A stretch of 64,000 nucleotides of DNA. It comes from an uncultured Bacilli bacterium. Its GTDB lineage: Bacteria > Bacillota_I > Bacilli_A > RF39 > UBA660. The stretch is taken from assembly GCA_934148875.1 (NCBI GenBank), contig CAKPDJ010000002.1:1297-65296 (forward strand). Direction: 5' to 3'. A program made the position numbers and the translations under genes. Under the pieces are notes generated by a model, which saw only the letters and a program-made list of their open reading frames with translations, was not told the origin of the DNA and did not search any database. Below, piece after piece: positions 60,835 to 64,000 of the stretch (the first letter of the stretch is position 1; each line of letters opens with the position of its first letter).

Positions 60835-61233
60835 ATGAATAATATTACATTTGAAGAGCTATATGAGTATATAAAAGAAAACTGTGATGGAGATTATAAT
60901 TTATTGAGTTATTTAGATGGTTTTATTGCTAATATGATGGAAAATTCATTATATCATGCTATTTTTTCATGGTCAGAAAATGAAGCATTTGAAATTTCAA
61001 TTAATGAAAATCCTAATAGTATAACTTATGATGTTATAAAATTAAAAAATACTTCATCATTTGGAAAAGAAAAACCGTTTTTTAAGTTTGAACTTAATAG
61101 ATTAGATTTATTTCATTTATCTGCTATATTATCTGCAGTAGCATATAAACAAGGAAGAGTATTTGAAGAGTTTGGATCTGATGCTGATAGATTAATGAGA
61201 AAATTATTTGATCAAACTCATAAAGAAAAATAG
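60835..61233 (+). CDS. Hypothetical protein (132 aa)
   Basis: The start abuts the upstream stop. Confidence 0.45.
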   Translation: MNNITFEELYEYIKENCDGDYNLLSYLDGFIANMMENSLYHAIFSWSENEAFEISINENPNSITYDVIKLKNTSSFGKEKPFFKFELNRLDLFHLSAILSAVAYKQGRVFEEFGSDADRLMRKLFDQTHKEK

Positions 61234-61245
61234 AAGGAATATAAA

Positions 61246-61425
61246 GTGATAAAATTAAAAGTAATAAAATTATTTAATTATGCACCAGCATTTGATATGT
61301 ATATAGTAGATTTTGTTAGAGAAGCAGGAAAAACAATGGCTATTACTATAAGTGAAGATAATAAAATAGAAACTTGGAACATAGAAGATTTAGAAATAGA
61401 TTATTCAAAAGCAATTAGAGAATAA
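61246..61425 (+). CDS. Hypothetical protein (59 aa; not in the ORF track)
   Basis: GTG start after AGAAGGAAT. Confidence 0.35.
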   Translation: MIKLKVIKLFNYAPAFDMYIVDFVREAGKTMAITISEDNKIETWNIEDLEIDYSKAIRE

Positions 61426-61448
61426 CTTATATGGAAGAGGGGATATTT

Positions 61449-61904
61449 ATGAGTAAATATATAAAAAAACCAGTTGAAGTAGAAGCAGTACAATTTGATG
61501 GAACAGATGAAAGTGTTGAATGGTTATTACCTCAATTAAAAAGTGGGGAAATAGGTAGGGCTTGTAATAAATTATATATAAAAACATTAGAAGGAGTTAT
61601 GGAAGCTAAAGTTGAGGATTACGTAATAAAAGGTGTTAATGGTGAATTTTATCCATGTAAACCAGACATATTTGAAAAAACTTATGAAAAAATAGAAGAT
61701 GATGATCTGTTAAATGAAAAACCAATATTTTTTGAAGATTTAAAAAATGGATATACAAAAGCCTATACAAAAAGCGATATAGATATGTTAATTGAAGATA
61801 ATAAAAGGTTAAAAGAAGAATTATTTATGGAAAGAACAAAAAATGAAGCAGAAATATATTCTAAAGTAGCAGAATTAAAAAGACAACTAGATACATCTAA
61901 TTAA
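61449..61904 (+). CDS. Hypothetical protein (151 aa)
   Basis: The ATG at 61449 has SD GAGGGGAT. N-terminus YIKKPVEVEAVQFDG, with a coiled-coil C-terminus. Confidence 0.45.
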   Translation: MSKYIKKPVEVEAVQFDGTDESVEWLLPQLKSGEIGRACNKLYIKTLEGVMEAKVEDYVIKGVNGEFYPCKPDIFEKTYEKIEDDDLLNEKPIFFEDLKNGYTKAYTKSDIDMLIEDNKRLKEELFMERTKNEAEIYSKVAELKRQLDTSN

Positions 61905-61950
61905 GTAATAAAATACTTAGCTAACTTAATAAAATAAAGGAGAATAAAAG

Positions 61951-62211
61951 ATGTTATTAAAAATTTATTTAGGAACAGTAATAATAGCAGTAATATCTTT
62001 ATTATTGGTATACTTTAGAATGTTTTTGTATAGAAAAGAAATCAAAGAAGTTAGAAAAGAAAATCCAAGTAAAAAGATAAATAAAACAATAGATGGAGTT
62101 ATAATAATAATATTATGGATTATAATACCTATACTAAATATAATTTTAATACTGGGTTCTATATTAAATTTAATAATGCCTAGTGAAAAGTTTATAAAAA
62201 ATATGAATTAA
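61951..62211 (+). CDS. Two-TM membrane protein (86 aa)
   Basis: SD AAAGGAGAAT. Confidence 0.5.
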   Translation: MLLKIYLGTVIIAVISLLLVYFRMFLYRKEIKEVRKENPSKKINKTIDGVIIIILWIIIPILNIILILGSILNLIMPSEKFIKNMN

Positions 62212-62321
62212 AATCAAAAAATAGGATATAATAAAAATACACACCTTTCTAGTATACTTTTAAAATAGAGATAATTAATTATCTCTATTTTTTTATAAAT
62301 TTTTTTAAAAAACTTTTTAAC

Positions 62322-62353
62322 TTTTGGTACTATTTTAACTTTTTGAGCATATA
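62322..62353 (+). promoter_or_regulatory. Promoter-like element copy (GGTACT-N16-CATATA)
   Basis: CTTTTGGTACTATTTTAACTTTTTGAGCATATA, ~25 nt upstream of the SD of 62387. It follows the terminator hairpin at 62266-62297. Confidence 0.55.
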
Positions 62354-62386
62354 TTATACTATAAAAGGTTAAAGGAGATAGAAAAT

Positions 62387-62677
62387 ATGTTAGAAAGTTT
62401 AGTAAGAAAATTTAATGATAGGATATTAGAAAGTGCTTATATAATTCCAGAATATTCAGTAGAAGAAGTTAAAGCAGAATTAGGACAATATGGAATAGAG
62501 ATAGATGAAAGTAAAGAAGAAGGAGCAACAATAATAGAAGATAAAGCTTTTACATGGAATATTTCAAGAGAAAATACATTAGTTACATTCTACTGCGACA
62601 TTATGGATAAAGATGAATACTTAGAAGCATACGAAGAAATAACAGAATTTGAAGAAGATGATGATATAGAAGAATAA
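62387..62677 (+). CDS. Very acidic hypothetical protein (96 aa)
   Basis: SD TAAAGGAGATAG. C-terminus EEITEFEEDDDIEE. Confidence 0.45.
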   Translation: MLESLVRKFNDRILESAYIIPEYSVEEVKAELGQYGIEIDESKEEGATIIEDKAFTWNISRENTLVTFYCDIMDKDEYLEAYEEITEFEEDDDIEE

Positions 62678-62750
62678 TATAAAGGAGGACAAAAGTCCTC
62701 TAGTACATATCCTGGAAACAGGAATAAATAATTAAATGAGGAGATTTTAA

Positions 62751-62993
62751 ATGAAAAAGATAGCAGACTTATACAAAATGGATAAGTACCAAATACTAAG
62801 AGAGGTTTTAGGAGTAAAAGAAGATGACTATTATACAGAAGAATACATTAACCAATTAGAAAGTAAATTTAAACTATTAGTAGATTTAAAAGATACAGCT
62901 GGTGAAGACTTTAATAAATTGTATGATATGTTAAATGAAGAGTTTAGAGAAACCCTTAGGATGTTAAGTTATTTAAGGTATGAAGCAGAATAG
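62751..62993 (+). CDS. Hypothetical protein (80 aa)
   Basis: SD TGAGGAGAT. Confidence 0.45.
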   Translation: MKKIADLYKMDKYQILREVLGVKEDDYYTEEYINQLESKFKLLVDLKDTAGEDFNKLYDMLNEEFRETLRMLSYLRYEAE

Positions 62994-63005
62994 TAGTAAT
63001 AAAAA

Positions 63006-63029
63006 GGACCTGAAGAGGTCCCTTTTTTA
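63006..63029 (+). terminator. Rho-independent terminator
   Basis: GGACC-TGAAGA-GGTCC followed by a T-run. Confidence 0.75.
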
Positions 63030-63086
63030 TTTTAGAATAAATATAGATAACATGATTATACTAATAATAAAGAGGTGTTGGTCAAT

Positions 63087-63599
63087 ATGAATGAATATAG
63101 ACAATGGTTAAAAGAAAAAGGGTATTGTATAAATTGTGGTAAAGAAAAAGCATGGAATGGAAGACTTAAATGTGCTGAATGTTTAGAAAAAGGAAAAGAG
63201 CAATCTGAGAGAACAAGATCAGAATTATCTAAAGAACAACGGAGAAGATATTTAAAGAGGAAGAGGGAATTATGCATAGCATTTGGAGTATGTAGAGAAT
63301 GTTTAAAAAGGCCAGCAAAAGTAGGACAAAAATGTATAGAATGTCATGTAAAAGAAATACATAGAAATAATAATAAAAGAAAAAATGTTCCAAGAAATTT
63401 AAGGGTAGAATTAGGGTTGTGTTATTTTTGTGGAGATGCAGCTATACCAGGAATGAGAACATGTGAAAAACATTATAAGATAGTATCAGAAAATCTTAAT
63501 AAATGGAATAGAGATAATTCAAATCATTATTGGAGGAAATATGATAGAGCAGGAGTAGAACGAAATCATTGGTATAAAGAAAAGAAGCAACCTAAATAG
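63087..63599 (+). CDS. Multi-zinc-ribbon basic protein (170 aa)
   Basis: The ATG at 63087 follows AAGAGGTG. Repeated motifs CINCGK...CAEC, CRECLK...CIEC and CYFCGD...CEKH. Confidence 0.5.
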   Translation: MNEYRQWLKEKGYCINCGKEKAWNGRLKCAECLEKGKEQSERTRSELSKEQRRRYLKRKRELCIAFGVCRECLKRPAKVGQKCIECHVKEIHRNNNKRKNVPRNLRVELGLCYFCGDAAIPGMRTCEKHYKIVSENLNKWNRDNSNHYWRKYDRAGVERNHWYKEKKQPK

Positions 63600-63680
63600 G
63601 AGGCTTCTTTATAAGAAAAAAAGTGAAAACAGATACTAGAATATTATACCATATTTAACAGGTATGTACTAATATAATAC

Positions 63681-63726
63681 TAAGTTAAAACTCAAATTAA
63701 AATTAATTAAACTTTAACTCTAAAAA
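63681..63726. repeat. Second short AT-repeat array, flanked by TAACAGGTAT direct repeats
   Basis: AAATTAAAATTAATTAAACTTTAACTC resembles 22984-23010 of the parC-like array. TAACAGGTAT occurs at 63656 and 63727. Confidence 0.4.
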
Positions 63727-63758
63727 TAACAGGTATATAATGTAATTAGTTATAAGAG

Positions 63759-63789
63759 GCAGGTAATTCAATTTACCTGCTATTTTTTT
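63759..63789 (+). terminator. Terminator-like hairpin
   Basis: GCAGGTAA-TTCAAT-TTACCTGC followed by a T-run. The stem is related to the hairpin at 33163-33200. Confidence 0.7.
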
Positions 63790-63810
63790 ATAAAAAAAGA
63801 GGTGACATCA

Positions 63811-64000
63811 ATGCAGGCAAAGACATTAAATCTAGTTATGCATGAAGTAGAATCTAAGACAGGAATAACTATTCCAGAGGCACAAAGTCTTAATAAAACT
63901 TTAAAGACTTTGGAAAAAGAATCTACAGTAAATGCAGAAGGATTAGCAGAAGAGGTAGGAGTAGCACTAGATAAAGCTCAGCAGATATTGGACATATTAG
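63811..64000 (+). CDS. Hypothetical protein, 5' part (runs off the window)
   Basis: SD AAAGAGGTGA. Sequence MQAKTLNLVMHEVESKTGITIPEAQSLNK... is open to the window end. Confidence 0.45.
   Translation, partial: MQAKTLNLVMHEVESKTGITIPEAQSLNKTLKTLEKESTVNAEGLAEEVGVALDKAQQILDIL

Noticed and set aside
1-64000. Integrase/attP, transposases, and known multi-gene defence systems (CBASS, Thoeris, retron, DISARM, BREX, R-M).
   Set aside because: I found no recombinase or transposase motifs, no reverse transcriptase, no cyclase, no TIR, no PglZ, and no complete MTase+REase pair. SNF2 and patatin occur without the partner genes that define those systems.

Overview
This is a very AT-rich 64-kb stretch of a tailed-phage genome, transcribed almost entirely from the + strand. 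It looks like a phage of a low-GC Firmicute, probably Clostridium-like (inference). It also carries plasmid-partition and DNA-transfer genes, so it reads like a siphovirus-type phage-plasmid. Layout: nt 1-20.8 kb is the morphogenesis module (3' part of terL, portal, ClpP-like protease, HK97-like capsid, connectors, major tail protein, chaperone, 1271-aa tape measure, Dit/Tal-like proteins, enzymatic fibres). 21-26 kb holds a BhlA/UviB-like holin, an actin-like ParM cassette with a phased AT-repeat array, and an RHH protein + FtsK/SpoIIIE-like translocase + replication-relaxation protein. 26-44.7 kb holds many short early or accessory operons. These include a coupled SNF2 helicase / IbrA-like PP-loop (PAPS-reductase family) / IbrB-like ParB operon, tandem wHTH paralogues beside an inverted-repeat cluster, an N6-MTase-like protein without the catalytic motif, an orphan NrdG-like activase, one minus-strand RHH + acidic-protein cassette, a 3D-domain hydrolase, AbrB, MazG-like, HNH, RusA, Bro-N and an ArpU/sigma-like regulator. 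44.7-47 kb holds a signal-less GH13 amylase-like gene, a holin and a GH25 endolysin. 47-64 kb holds a second PAPS-reductase-family gene behind a structured leader, a patatin-like phospholipase cassette, a radical-SAM/SPASM-like cluster, tandem Myb/SANT-repeat paralogues, many Cys-rich small proteins and several ORF-free structured regions. The most notable observations are: (1) three apparent recoding or splicing events in structural genes (a capsid -1 extension at a G5 run, a ~281-nt group-I-like intron splitting the major tail protein gene, and a CCC-UGA +1 site joining two fibre ORFs); (2) a ~35-bp promoter-like element (GGTACT-N16/17-CATATA) present at least 10 times in front of operons; (3) the SNF2-IbrA-IbrB operon as a candidate DNA-modification or anti-restriction system. 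I recognised no rRNA, tRNA, CRISPR array, integrase or transposase. All family calls come from motif recognition by eye; no database search was run.
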